A stretch of 64,000 bases of DNA, taken from positions 5,812-69,811 of the forward strand of contig JACOXM010000001.1 in the NCBI GenBank assembly GCA_016176285.1. The letters are read 5' to 3'. Position numbers and translations under genes: made by a program. Source of the DNA: Candidatus Giovannonibacteria bacterium. Lineage in GTDB: Bacteria; Patescibacteriota; Minisyncoccia; JACPKW01; UBA11713. The notes beneath the pieces were generated by a model. That model was not told where the DNA came from. It worked only from the letters and a program-made list of their open reading frames with translations, and ran no database searches. This document shows positions 40,982 through 50,535 of the stretch, one piece after another; position 1 is the first letter of the stretch, and the number at the start of each line of letters is the position of its first letter.

Positions 40982-43132
40982 GTGAAGAAAAAAAATAACA
41001 ACGGAAAAAATAAATCAAAATGGCATGACGGGATAAAGCAAGAAACAAAGCAATCCGTTTTTGCGGTTTTTTCGTTTGCCTTGGGAATTCTTTTGACGTT
41101 GGCTGCTTTTGGGAAAGCCGGTTTTGTTGGCTCGGAGCTCCAATATTTCCTTGAACTCCTTTTCGGAAAGGCATTTTTTTTGGTTCCGTTAGTTTTTTTC
41201 ATCGGAGGTTTTTCTTTTCTTTTCTCTCTTCGCAAGCATTTTGTGGCGGTGACTTTAATCGGAGCGATGCTTTTTCTTTTCGCTTCGCTCGGAATTGTAA
41301 ACGTAATATTTGAAAATCTGGCGGCAGGATATATCGGCCTCTGGTCGAGCTACGCGTTTCTGAAACTTTTTGATTTTTGGGCGGCCTTAATTTTGCTTTT
41401 CGCGATGTGGATTGCGGGAATTTTTGTAATGCTGAATTTCCATATTCCTGTTTTTTCGAGGCAAGAAAAAGAGGAAGGAGAGGAGGAACCCGACGAAAGG
41501 CCGCAAGCGGCCATTCAGACGGGTCCGCCGCAAATCGTCAAAGAATTATTAAAACCTGTTTCCAGGGAGCCTCCGGTTATTCAACCAGCCCATCAGGACG
41601 GCGGAGATGAATTTGCCTCTTCCCTTTATAAATCCCAAAAGGGCAGAGGAGGGAAGAGAGAAATATCGGCCTCTCTTCCACCGCTCGATCTTCTTGAGGA
41701 CGATCGCGGCACTCCGTCGTCCGGAGACATTAAAGCAAATGCGAACATTATTAAAAGATCGCTGCAAAATTTCGGAATCGAGGTGGAGATGATGGAGGTG
41801 AATGTCGGACCGTCCGTAACGCAATATACTTTGAAACCCGCCGAGGGTGTTAAGCTTTCAAAAATTACTTCTCTGCAAAATGATTTAGCGCTAGCTCTTG
41901 CCGCCCATCCTTTGAGGATTGAGGCGCCGATACCTGGAAGGTCGCTTGTTGGGATAGAAATACCGAACAAATCCATAGCACTCGTCGGACTTCGTTCGCT
42001 TTTTTCCTCGGACGAGTTTCAAAAATCGAACCGTCCATTATTGTTTACTCTTGGAAGGGATGTTTCGGGCAAACCTATTTATGCGGACCTTGCAAAGATG
42101 CCGCATCTTCTTATTGCGGGCGCAACGGGTTCCGGGAAATCGGTGCAAATTCATTCATTTATGATGAGCCTTTTGTACAGAAACACTCCGGAGTTTTTAA
42201 GATTTATCCTTGTTGACCCGAAGCGCGTGGAACTTTCTATATATTCTAAGATTCCTCACCTCCTGACCCCTGCTATAATGGAAGCCAAGAAAACCATCTT
42301 ATCTTTGAGATGGGCCGTCAAAGAAATGGAAAGGAGGTACGAAGTTCTTTCTCAAAATGGAGTTCGCGACATAAGCTCCTACCACTCGAATATTCTGCCT
42401 AAGGATGCCGATGCTGAAACTATGCCTTATTTAGTAATAGTCGTTGATGAACTAGCGGACATTATGGCGACTTATCCGAGGGAGCTCGAGGCTTCAATCG
42501 TGAGGCTTGCCCAAATGTCCCGCGCGGTAGGAATTCATTTGGTCCTTTCCACTCAGCGGCCTTCAGTGGAAGTTATAACGGGCCTTATAAAGGCGAACAT
42601 AACAAGCCGCATTGCTTTTCAGGTAGCTTCTCAAATTGATTCGCGGACAATCCTGGATTCCTCCGGAGCGGATAAGCTTTTAGGAAATGGGGATATGTTA
42701 TTTTTGGCCGGTGACGTCGGGAAGCCCAAGCGTATACAAGGCGCTTTTGTTTCTGAGAAGGAAGTAAAAAAAGTTGTAGGGTGGATAGAAAATAATTCAG
42801 TTGAAAACGCGAACAGCGAAACTTCGGCCGCGATTTTTGATAATGAAATTTCCAGCAGCGCGCAAAATAGTTTTGCAAACGGTTCGCTCGATGACGGTGA
42901 TGACGACGAACTTTACGAAGAAGCGCGGCGCCTTGCGATAGAGGGCGGAAAAATATCAGCTTCTTTTTTACAGAGAAGGCTTAAGGTCGGATATGCGAGA
43001 GCGGCAAGGCTTTTGGACATGATGGAAGAGCGCGGAGTAATCGGGCCGTCCGACGGAGCGAAGCCCAGAGAAGTGCTGAACATAGTAAATACGGAGGAGG
43101 AACCGAAAAAAGATTTTATTGATACGTTTTAA
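40982..43132 (+). CDS. ftsK: DNA translocase FtsK
   Basis: N-terminal TMs, APIPG, PHLLIAGATGSGKS, DELAD, RAVGIHL, gamma domain LQRRLKVGYARAAR. Start is GTG 40982 or TTG 40979. Confidence 0.95.
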   Translation: MKKKNNNGKNKSKWHDGIKQETKQSVFAVFSFALGILLTLAAFGKAGFVGSELQYFLELLFGKAFFLVPLVFFIGGFSFLFSLRKHFVAVTLIGAMLFLFASLGIVNVIFENLAAGYIGLWSSYAFLKLFDFWAALILLFAMWIAGIFVMLNFHIPVFSRQEKEEGEEEPDERPQAAIQTGPPQIVKELLKPVSREPPVIQPAHQDGGDEFASSLYKSQKGRGGKREISASLPPLDLLEDDRGTPSSGDIKANANIIKRSLQNFGIEVEMMEVNVGPSVTQYTLKPAEGVKLSKITSLQNDLALALAAHPLRIEAPIPGRSLVGIEIPNKSIALVGLRSLFSSDEFQKSNRPLLFTLGRDVSGKPIYADLAKMPHLLIAGATGSGKSVQIHSFMMSLLYRNTPEFLRFILVDPKRVELSIYSKIPHLLTPAIMEAKKTILSLRWAVKEMERRYEVLSQNGVRDISSYHSNILPKDADAETMPYLVIVVDELADIMATYPRELEASIVRLAQMSRAVGIHLVLSTQRPSVEVITGLIKANITSRIAFQVASQIDSRTILDSSGADKLLGNGDMLFLAGDVGKPKRIQGAFVSEKEVKKVVGWIENNSVENANSETSAAIFDNEISSSAQNSFANGSLDDGDDDELYEEARRLAIEGGKISASFLQRRLKVGYARAARLLDMMEERGVIGPSDGAKPREVLNIVNTEEEPKKDFIDTF

Positions 43133-43134
43133 CC

Positions 43135-43470
43135 ATGAGAGTTTTACATAAAAAGCTTCTGATCCTAATCGCGGGAGTTTTGCTTTTAATTTACGGAGTC
43201 TGGCAGGCACGCGATTTTTTAAGGGGGCCTATGGTTCGCCTCGATAACCCGAGCAACGGGCAAATTTTTGAAAATGATTTCATAGAAGTTAACGGCAACG
43301 CGAGAGATGTTTCAAAATTTACGCTTAACGGCCGTACAGTTTTTACGGACGAAAAAGGGGACTTTAAGGAAAAGATTTTAATCGCAAAAGGAGTTAATGA
43401 CATTGAAATTTACGCTGAGGACAAATTCGGCCACGAAAAAAAGATATTGCGGACAGTATTGTTAAAATAA
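43135..43470 (+). CDS. Small membrane-anchored Ig-like protein
   Basis: TM helix, then GP.V....P..G, G.N.I.I.AEDKFG. Confidence 0.7.
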   Translation: MRVLHKKLLILIAGVLLLIYGVWQARDFLRGPMVRLDNPSNGQIFENDFIEVNGNARDVSKFTLNGRTVFTDEKGDFKEKILIAKGVNDIEIYAEDKFGHEKKILRTVLLK

Positions 43471-43492
43471 AAAGCTTTTATATAATTAACTA

Positions 43493-44497
43493 ATGACTAA
43501 AAAAACTGATGCAATTAATGAGAAAAAGAGCGGGGTGGAGGCCGCGTTGAAAGAAATACAGGCAAAATACGGCGAGGGAGCCATTATGAAGTTAGGCGAC
43601 ACTCCCAAGGTTGATATTGATGTGATTCCAACCGGCTCCTTGAGCCTGGATTTGGCGCTTGGGGTGGGCGGAGTGCCTAGAGGAAGAATTATCGAGGTGT
43701 ATGGGCCTGAATCTTCCGGAAAAACAACTCTGGCCTTGCACATAGTCTCCGAAGCCCAAAAGAAAGGGGGTTTATGCGCATATGTAGACGCCGAGCACGC
43801 GATGGATCCAGAATATGCAAAAAAAATAGGGGTAAAAATTAACGATCTCTTGATATCGCAGCCTGATACTGGGGAACAGGCGCTTGAAATTGTGGAAAGC
43901 CTTGTGAGGTCCGGCTCAATTGATGTCGTGGTCGTGGACTCAGTCGCGGCACTAACCCCGCAGGCGGAAATTGAAGGGGAAATGGGACAGGCGCACGTAG
44001 GGCTTCAGGCGCGGCTGATGTCGCAAGCTCTTAGGAAACTCACGGCCATTATTGCTAAGTCAAAAACTATCGTAATTTTCATAAACCAGATCCGAATGAA
44101 AATCGGCGTGATGTTTGGAAACCCTGAAACTACCACAGGCGGAAACGCTCTTAAATTTTATTCTTCCGTAAGAATAGAAATTCGCCGCGCCGCGCAATTG
44201 AAAAGAGGAGAGGATATAATAGGGAACCGGGCGAACATTAAAATCACAAAAAATAAAGTTGCTCCGCCTTTCAGGAAGGCCGAGTTGGATATTATGTATA
44301 ACGAGGGGATTTCTTATGAAGGCGACTTGATAAATCTCGGCCTGAAATACGAACTTATAAAAAAATCCGGAGCTTCTCTTTCTTTCGGCGACACTCGATT
44401 GGGACAGGGTTTTGAAAATGCCAAAGAATTTTTGCGCCAGAATTCCAAAATAGCAAATGATTTGGCTAAAAGCATTAAAGAAAAGGCAAAAGCTTAA
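43493..44497 (+). CDS. recA: Recombinase RecA
   Basis: [38 protein letters not shown]. Confidence 0.98.
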   Translation: MTKKTDAINEKKSGVEAALKEIQAKYGEGAIMKLGDTPKVDIDVIPTGSLSLDLALGVGGVPRGRIIEVYGPESSGKTTLALHIVSEAQKKGGLCAYVDAEHAMDPEYAKKIGVKINDLLISQPDTGEQALEIVESLVRSGSIDVVVVDSVAALTPQAEIEGEMGQAHVGLQARLMSQALRKLTAIIAKSKTIVIFINQIRMKIGVMFGNPETTTGGNALKFYSSVRIEIRRAAQLKRGEDIIGNRANIKITKNKVAPPFRKAELDIMYNEGISYEGDLINLGLKYELIKKSGASLSFGDTRLGQGFENAKEFLRQNSKIANDLAKSIKEKAKA

Positions 44498-44962
44498 ATT
44501 CCTAAATTATTATATTCATTTTTAATAATTCTTGTGGTTGCCGCGGGGTTTTTTGTTTTTTCGGAAAAAGGATCAATTTCAGAAGAGGAGTTTTCCACGG
44601 GCGTAGTAAAAGTAAATGGACGAGAGCTCAAAGTAAAAATTGCGGATAATGAAAGAAAAAGGGAAGAGGGTCTTCAAAATGTGCCCTCGCTCGACGGATA
44701 CGACGGAATGCTTTTTGTTTTTGAAAAAAGCGCGCCGGTTTCTTTCTGGAATAAGAACACATTTCTTAATCTTGATATAATTTGGATAGAAAATAATAAG
44801 ATCATTGGAATAAGTTACCTGCCGAAAATAGGAACAGATGGGATAAGGATCGTTGATTCCCCGGGTCCGGTTGGCGCGGTGTTGGAGATTCCTTCTGGTA
44901 ATATTGATTCGCTTTCGGAACTAGTTGGCGCTTCTGTTTCTTCCCCGCGTGGATTAAAATAA
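44498..44962 (+). CDS. DUF192 family protein
   Basis: AD...REEGL, GMLFVF, FWNKNT..LDIIWI, VLEIPSG. The signal anchor extends upstream of GTG 44534 to ATT 44498. Confidence 0.85.
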   Translation: MPKLLYSFLIILVVAAGFFVFSEKGSISEEEFSTGVVKVNGRELKVKIADNERKREEGLQNVPSLDGYDGMLFVFEKSAPVSFWNKNTFLNLDIIWIENNKIIGISYLPKIGTDGIRIVDSPGPVGAVLEIPSGNIDSLSELVGASVSSPRGLK

Positions 44963-44969
44963 ATACAGA

Positions 44970-46100
44970 ATGCGGAGAAAATATGTTTATTTTCTGGGGA
45001 TCGTTTGCATGTTTGGAATTTTTGCATTTTTTTTCAAAACTTACGCGCCCGCAGAGTATATTTCAGCAAAATCAGAGGAATTCGTGGAGGATTTGCCTTT
45101 GCCCCCTTCCCGACATTTAAAAACCCCAATACCCGTTAAGGGGATTTACATGACAAGCTGGGTTGCTGGAACGAAAAATTGGCGGGATAAATTGATAAAT
45201 TTCGTGGATAAAACGGAAATTAATACGATTGTTATAGACGTAAAAGATTATTCAGGAAGGATTTCATTTGAAGTTTCCGACCCCATATTGGTCGAGTTAG
45301 AGTATACGGAAAAAAGGATAAGCGATATAGAAAACTTGATAGAGATTCTGCACAAAAAGAATATATATGTGATAGGCAGAATCTCAGTTTTCCAAGATCC
45401 CCACCTTGCCAAAAAGCGCCCCGACCTCGCGCTTAAAAATAAATCGGGCGAGGTATGGAGTGATAGAAGGGGCCTTATGTGGGTAGACCCCGCATCAAGT
45501 GAAGTTTGGGATATAACTGTGGCGATAAGCAAGGAAGCAGAGAGGGCTGGGTTTGATGAACTAAATTTTGATTACATACGTTTCCCCTCCGATGGAAATA
45601 TTAAAGACGCTCGCTATCCTTTTTGGGACGGAAAAATGAAAAAATCAGAAGTTATTAATAACTTCTTTTCATATTTGAATGAGAACCTCAAAGACATCGG
45701 TGTTCCGATTTCCGCGGACATTTTTGGAATGACAACGGTTACTAGTAATGACTTGAATATTGGACAAGTTTTTGAAGATGCCGTAAAAAACTTCGATTAT
45801 GTCTCGCCGATGGTTTATCCTTCACATTTTGCGAAAGGGTTTATGGGCTACAAGAATCCTTCAGAATTTCCTTACGAAGTAATAAAAAAAGCTTTAGATG
45901 ATGCTCGAGCGAAAACTCTTGCCATTGGACAAGATCCGGAAAAAATTCGCCCGTGGATCCAAGATTTTAATTTAGGGACTAAGTATGATTCTCCGATGAT
46001 TAAAAAGGAAATTAAGGCGGTTTACGATTCCGGATTTTCGAGCTGGCTTTCCTGGGATCCTTCAAACCAGTACACGCCCGAAGCATATTTAAAAGACTAA
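44970..46100 (+). CDS. Putative glycoside hydrolase (DUF4015-like)
   Basis: VKGIYMT, NTIVIDVKD, GFDELNFDYIRFP, SPMVYPSH, RPWIQDF. Confidence 0.85.
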   Translation: MRRKYVYFLGIVCMFGIFAFFFKTYAPAEYISAKSEEFVEDLPLPPSRHLKTPIPVKGIYMTSWVAGTKNWRDKLINFVDKTEINTIVIDVKDYSGRISFEVSDPILVELEYTEKRISDIENLIEILHKKNIYVIGRISVFQDPHLAKKRPDLALKNKSGEVWSDRRGLMWVDPASSEVWDITVAISKEAERAGFDELNFDYIRFPSDGNIKDARYPFWDGKMKKSEVINNFFSYLNENLKDIGVPISADIFGMTTVTSNDLNIGQVFEDAVKNFDYVSPMVYPSHFAKGFMGYKNPSEFPYEVIKKALDDARAKTLAIGQDPEKIRPWIQDFNLGTKYDSPMIKKEIKAVYDSGFSSWLSWDPSNQYTPEAYLKD

Positions 46101-46104
46101 TAAT

Positions 46105-47436
46105 ATGGAGTCAAATTTTTTAGATTTTTCTGAAAGAGCGAAGAGGAAACTAATTATTTCTGCTGGCACGGCGGTATTGTCGATTTTGGCGTTAGTATTT
46201 TTTGATTCAATGCTTTTGACTCATTCCTTTATCGCTTTCTCTTTTGTACTTTTAGGTTGGAGTAATCTCGAGCTGATGAAAGCGATTAAACTTTTTAATG
46301 ATGAAAATTATGAAAGAGAAGCAATTTTATCCAGCCTTTCGGATGGAGTATTGCAATTCGATTCTAAAAGAAGAGTTGTTTTAATGAACTCTAGAGCAGA
46401 GGAGCTTTTAGGTCTGCGAGTTAAGGATTTGGAGGGCTTGGCGATTGTTCCGGATCTCTGGGAGGCAAAGCAATCTTTCAGGGGCCTCGTGGAGGTGATT
46501 TATCCGGAGTTGGCGCCGTTTGCTTCTCAAAAAGGAGGCGACAGATATGGAGGAGACAAGGGCCAGGAAATACATACTTCTTACCCCGAATTGAGGTTAT
46601 TCGTTGTTTCAAAACAAATAAAAAACAATACAGGCAAAACCATCGGAAACGTAAAAATCATAAGGGATATAACCCACGACGAGCTTATTTCCAAAATAAA
46701 ATCTGAGTTCGTTTCGGTTGCCGCGCATCAGTTAAGAACCCCACTTGCAGGTTTAAAGTGGAGTATTAAGCTGATGCTCGACGGGGAAACAGGCCCCGTA
46801 AATGAAAAACAAAAAGAATTTTTGGAAAAAGGCTTTGAATCTTCCGAGCGCATGGTCAAACTTGTGAATGATTTACTCAACGTGGCGAGAATAGAGGAGG
46901 GACGCTTTGGATACGAATTTAAAGAAATTGATTATGTCGCATTCGTGGAAAAACTTGTAAAAAATTATGAGCCGATTGCGAAGAAGAAAAAAATAAATAT
47001 GGTTTTCTCGCAGGTGAAGGATTTAATTCCTCCTCTTTACGCCGATCCGGAAAGAATCCAAATGGCGCTTTCTAATTTAATCGAAAACGCATTGAAGTAC
47101 ACGCTTGAAGGGGAGTTTATTAAAATAATTATTTCACTTGAGGGTGAATATGTAAAAACAATTGTTTCGGATACGGGGGTGGGGATTCCTGCGCTAGAGC
47201 AAGCACGCATTTTTTCAAAATTTTTCAGGGCATCGAATATTATCAAGCTTGAAACGGAGGGAACCGGCTTAGGCCTTTATATTGTCAAGAATATTGTAGA
47301 AAGGCATGGCGGGCACGTTACATTCGTTTCCGAAGAGAAAAGGGGCACGACTTTTACAATATTGCTGCCGATCAAGCGCGGGCTCATTCCTAACCGAGAA
47401 AGACCGATGGCCGAAGAATTTCTGGCGGGGATTTAG
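46105..47436 (+). CDS. Membrane PAS sensor histidine kinase
   Basis: H-box AAHQLRTPL, NLIENALKYT, DTGVGIP, GTGLGL. Confidence 0.93.
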   Translation: MESNFLDFSERAKRKLIISAGTAVLSILALVFFDSMLLTHSFIAFSFVLLGWSNLELMKAIKLFNDENYEREAILSSLSDGVLQFDSKRRVVLMNSRAEELLGLRVKDLEGLAIVPDLWEAKQSFRGLVEVIYPELAPFASQKGGDRYGGDKGQEIHTSYPELRLFVVSKQIKNNTGKTIGNVKIIRDITHDELISKIKSEFVSVAAHQLRTPLAGLKWSIKLMLDGETGPVNEKQKEFLEKGFESSERMVKLVNDLLNVARIEEGRFGYEFKEIDYVAFVEKLVKNYEPIAKKKKINMVFSQVKDLIPPLYADPERIQMALSNLIENALKYTLEGEFIKIIISLEGEYVKTIVSDTGVGIPALEQARIFSKFFRASNIIKLETEGTGLGLYIVKNIVERHGGHVTFVSEEKRGTTFTILLPIKRGLIPNRERPMAEEFLAGI

Positions 47437-48392
47437 ATTACTTTCTTTTTTAAAAAATAGATTGGAAAGTATCTTGCGTCAGGATAATCATCTGCACATT
47501 TTTTTTCTTGGATTTTAAAAAAAGGTAATATTGTTTCTTCAAATTCATTCTCAGTCTGGCTTATATAATCCAAATCATAACGAGATCTCTTTATGAAAGC
47601 CTGGAGCGTCCTTCTCAAGATTATTCTTTCTCCTTCTTCTCTGGTCTGATAGTTGGCGAGAATTTCTGCTATTTTTTTTGGACTTGAGGTTTGAGCTTGA
47701 TTATCTCTAAATCCATCACGAAGACGATATAGAAAAGCAAAAAAATTTTCGGAAGAGTAATTTGAGGACATACCCATTAACGCATTATCTACTGTTTTTT
47801 GCGGAGTTTCATCGCTAATGGCGGTGTTAATAATATGGTTTCGAAGTGAAAACGTACCGTCATTTGCAAGTAAGAGTGAAATTTTCTCAAGGAATTTTTC
47901 TTGATTTTTCCTAGGCAGTTGGGTGAATACTAGATCACCGATAATAAAATCAAAATAGTTTTCTTTAAGCGGCAGATCCGTCCATTCTGATTTTATCCAA
48001 ATTTCATTTTCTTGTTTGGCTTTCGAAGCCAATAAAAGTCCACTTTCTATCATAGGAAAAGAAAAATCAGCCACTGTGTAATTTTTTATTTTCGTATCAT
48101 CGAGTAAGTCGCGAATTAACGGTGTCGAACCTAATACCAGCACTTTATTTGGCGGAGATGATAAAATAAATTCACGCCAGATTGAAATAACTTTTTGAGA
48201 GGGACTCGCGGGGGGAGGTATTAGTTTTCTGGATTCGGGCAAGGATTGCGCGTCCCATAATTTTATCATTTTGCGTTTATGCATTTCAGCTTGTCCTGAT
48301 TCTGATTCAATAATGAAATTATGTATTTCAGAAATAGTTCTCGCGTCTAAGGTCTTGATTATTTTTTTTAATATGGATGCGATTAAATTCAT
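47433..48392 (-). CDS. Class I SAM-dependent methyltransferase-like protein
   Basis: VLVLGSTP, VADFS..M, W.DLPL..NYFDFIIGD, LLANDG.F. Confidence 0.7.
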   Translation of the reverse strand: MNLIASILKKIIKTLDARTISEIHNFIIESESGQAEMHKRKMIKLWDAQSLPESRKLIPPPASPSQKVISIWREFILSSPPNKVLVLGSTPLIRDLLDDTKIKNYTVADFSFPMIESGLLLASKAKQENEIWIKSEWTDLPLKENYFDFIIGDLVFTQLPRKNQEKFLEKISLLLANDGTFSLRNHIINTAISDETPQKTVDNALMGMSSNYSSENFFAFLYRLRDGFRDNQAQTSSPKKIAEILANYQTREEGERIILRRTLQAFIKRSRYDLDYISQTENEFEETILPFFKIQEKKCADDYPDARYFPIYFLKKKVI

Positions 48393-48409
48393 TTGTTATT
48401 CTAATAAAC

Positions 48410-49783
48410 ATGAATAATCAGGATGTATTGATTTCAATGGATGATGCGTTGCCGCCAACCTTGAATTCCTTTAATTTAGCAGGGAATGAATCTTTTTTAA
48501 ACTGGCTTCTGCCCATTGTTGAATCACTAAGGGAAACTGAATATTGGAATAAAGATCATATAGCAAAAATCCAATCCGCTCGTCTAGAAAAGTTATTCCT
48601 GCAATTATCTGGAAATTCCTCTTTTTGGGATAATCATTTCCGACAACATGATGTCAAGCCGAATGCCTCCTCGCCGATCGATGAACTTAAAAAACTGCCG
48701 ATTATAAACAGAGATTGGTTTTTGGCAAAAAAAAATACTTTTGTAATTTCTCCCAATATAAGAGAAGGTTCTTTAAGATATTTCTCTACTAGCGGAACTA
48801 CCGGGAAAGTCCTTGCTGGAGCATTTACACACGGGGAAATTATCGTAAGTTATCTTCCATATTTTTTCAGGCATAGAGTTTTTAATTCAATTGGGGAATT
48901 TATTTCCAGAAAATTTTTTCTTGGGATCGGCAGAGTTCTTACGGAGCAATATAGCTCTCTCGGAGATTCATTTATACTGGATCATTTTGCTTCACTCGAA
49001 AAAAAAGAGATTAGAAACGAGCTGTATAAAAAAATTAAGTCGATATCTCCCGCGATGCTTTGGGCCTACCCAACGACACTTTTAGAATTTGCGACATATT
49101 ATAGGGATGATAATATTCAACTGCCATTATTGGCGGTTCGTACTGGCGGCGAGTATGTTACTAAAAGCCAAAAAGATTTTATTAAAGTTGCGCTTGGGAC
49201 GGAATATATTGATCATTACAGTGCGCGAGAAATCGGGAGCATTGGAACGTCGTGTGATAAAAATCCTACAGAAGGATTTTATCACATAGATCGAGAAAGG
49301 CTTATAGTTGAAGTTTTGGACGATGATGGAGGGGAAGTACCGGGGAATACGGAAGGAAATATAATTATAACGGTCCTTGACCGGACAACATTTCCCTTAA
49401 TTCGATATGCGCTTGGTGATCGAGGTAAAATAGTTTCTTGTGTATGCGGCCGTACTGACGCGCTGATATTTGCGGGAAGAGTTGGGGAATATATTTTGTT
49501 GCCGAGTGGTAAGCGTTTCAGTGTTCTGCAATTTCGGACAATCATTGCGAACTTGGTAAGTTTCCGAAATATTAGAAATTTCCGAATTGTACAAGAATCT
49601 TTAGATACGTTATCAGTTAGTATTTTCTTTAATTACGAACCTTCTTCCAACCAGATCGATTTGTTCGAGAAAATTTTATCCAAAACTCTTTATGATGAAA
49701 TAAAAGTTTCTATTAAAAAAGTTGACGCTGGTTTTTTTAAGGCGGGCAAAAGCAAAGTGTTTGAGAATTTAAAAAGGGGCTGA
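48410..49783 (+). CDS. Phenylacetate-CoA ligase (PaaK)-like adenylate-forming enzyme 1
   Basis: LPII, STSGTTGK P-loop, YSAREIG, PLIRYALGDRG, C.CGR, GR, C-terminal GK. Confidence 0.85.
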   Translation: MNNQDVLISMDDALPPTLNSFNLAGNESFLNWLLPIVESLRETEYWNKDHIAKIQSARLEKLFLQLSGNSSFWDNHFRQHDVKPNASSPIDELKKLPIINRDWFLAKKNTFVISPNIREGSLRYFSTSGTTGKVLAGAFTHGEIIVSYLPYFFRHRVFNSIGEFISRKFFLGIGRVLTEQYSSLGDSFILDHFASLEKKEIRNELYKKIKSISPAMLWAYPTTLLEFATYYRDDNIQLPLLAVRTGGEYVTKSQKDFIKVALGTEYIDHYSAREIGSIGTSCDKNPTEGFYHIDRERLIVEVLDDDGGEVPGNTEGNIIITVLDRTTFPLIRYALGDRGKIVSCVCGRTDALIFAGRVGEYILLPSGKRFSVLQFRTIIANLVSFRNIRNFRIVQESLDTLSVSIFFNYEPSSNQIDLFEKILSKTLYDEIKVSIKKVDAGFFKAGKSKVFENLKRG

Positions 49784-49802
49784 CTTTGCCAGCCCCTTTT
49801 TT
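49771..49802. terminator. Bidirectional terminator
   Basis: AAAAAGGGGCTG-ACTTTGC-CAGCCCCTTTTTT. Confidence 0.8.
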
Positions 49803-49821
49803 GGAACCTTTTATGTTTCGG

Positions 49822-50460
49822 TTATTGTATTGCTGCAATCTGCGCTGGAGGCAGTTCCTGTAAATTGAGCCTGTAAACGGGCCCGACTGTTTTAACCTCC
49901 ATCTTCACTACGCATTTTGCCACAGGGCTATACCAATAAGTATAGATTTTTTGTTTTGGTTGGCCGAGCGCCTCTTCGCGACTGATTTTGTATGCTCTAA
50001 AAGTTCCGGCCGGAACGGCGACCTCTTCTTGTCCTAATACAGTAACTTTGGCTTTCACCGTTGACCCTCTCCGATCGGTACCCTCTTTTGAAAAAAACTC
50101 GCCTTCCCAAGTCGTCCCCTCCACCAGGGGAAATTTAAACATAGGAACTTTTACTTCGAACGGTTCTGGGGTAAGAAATACAAAGAAACTTCTCCTTACC
50201 CTGCCCAGGGGCAAATATTCAGCGCCTCTTTCTCCGTTTTCTACGGTGAAAACTGTAAATTCCTTGCCGTCGAATACAATGTCGTACGTGCCAGACGGAA
50301 GAACATCAGTGGCGCTAATTGTTGATTTATGCGAGTAGTTAATTCGCCAACTATCCCCGGAATTGTAAACCGGTTCTTTAATCTCCTCTGCTAAAACGGA
50401 GGAGAAAGTTAGAGAAATAAAATAAACGATTACCAACAGCAATAATTTGTTAATGTTCAT
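49822..50460 (-). CDS. Secreted beta-rich protein (DUF3108-like C-terminus)
   Basis: Signal peptide (VLA-EE); FPL..G.TW, E.VAVPAGTFRAYKI, YWYSP; AGGAGGT SD. Confidence 0.7.
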   Translation of the reverse strand: MNINKLLLLVIVYFISLTFSSVLAEEIKEPVYNSGDSWRINYSHKSTISATDVLPSGTYDIVFDGKEFTVFTVENGERGAEYLPLGRVRRSFFVFLTPEPFEVKVPMFKFPLVEGTTWEGEFFSKEGTDRRGSTVKAKVTVLGQEEVAVPAGTFRAYKISREEALGQPKQKIYTYWYSPVAKCVVKMEVKTVGPVYRLNLQELPPAQIAAIQ

Positions 50461-50535
50461 AACTACCTCCTAGTGTTTTATACCATAAAAAACTATTTTT
50501 TCAAGCAAAGATCTATAATGTTATAGTATTTTATT

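Noticed and set aside
46105-47436. Sensor kinase as the regulator of the RiPP cluster
   Set aside because: It is co-oriented and tightly spaced with the recA-DUF192-GH operon and convergent with the cluster. Adjacency is the only link.
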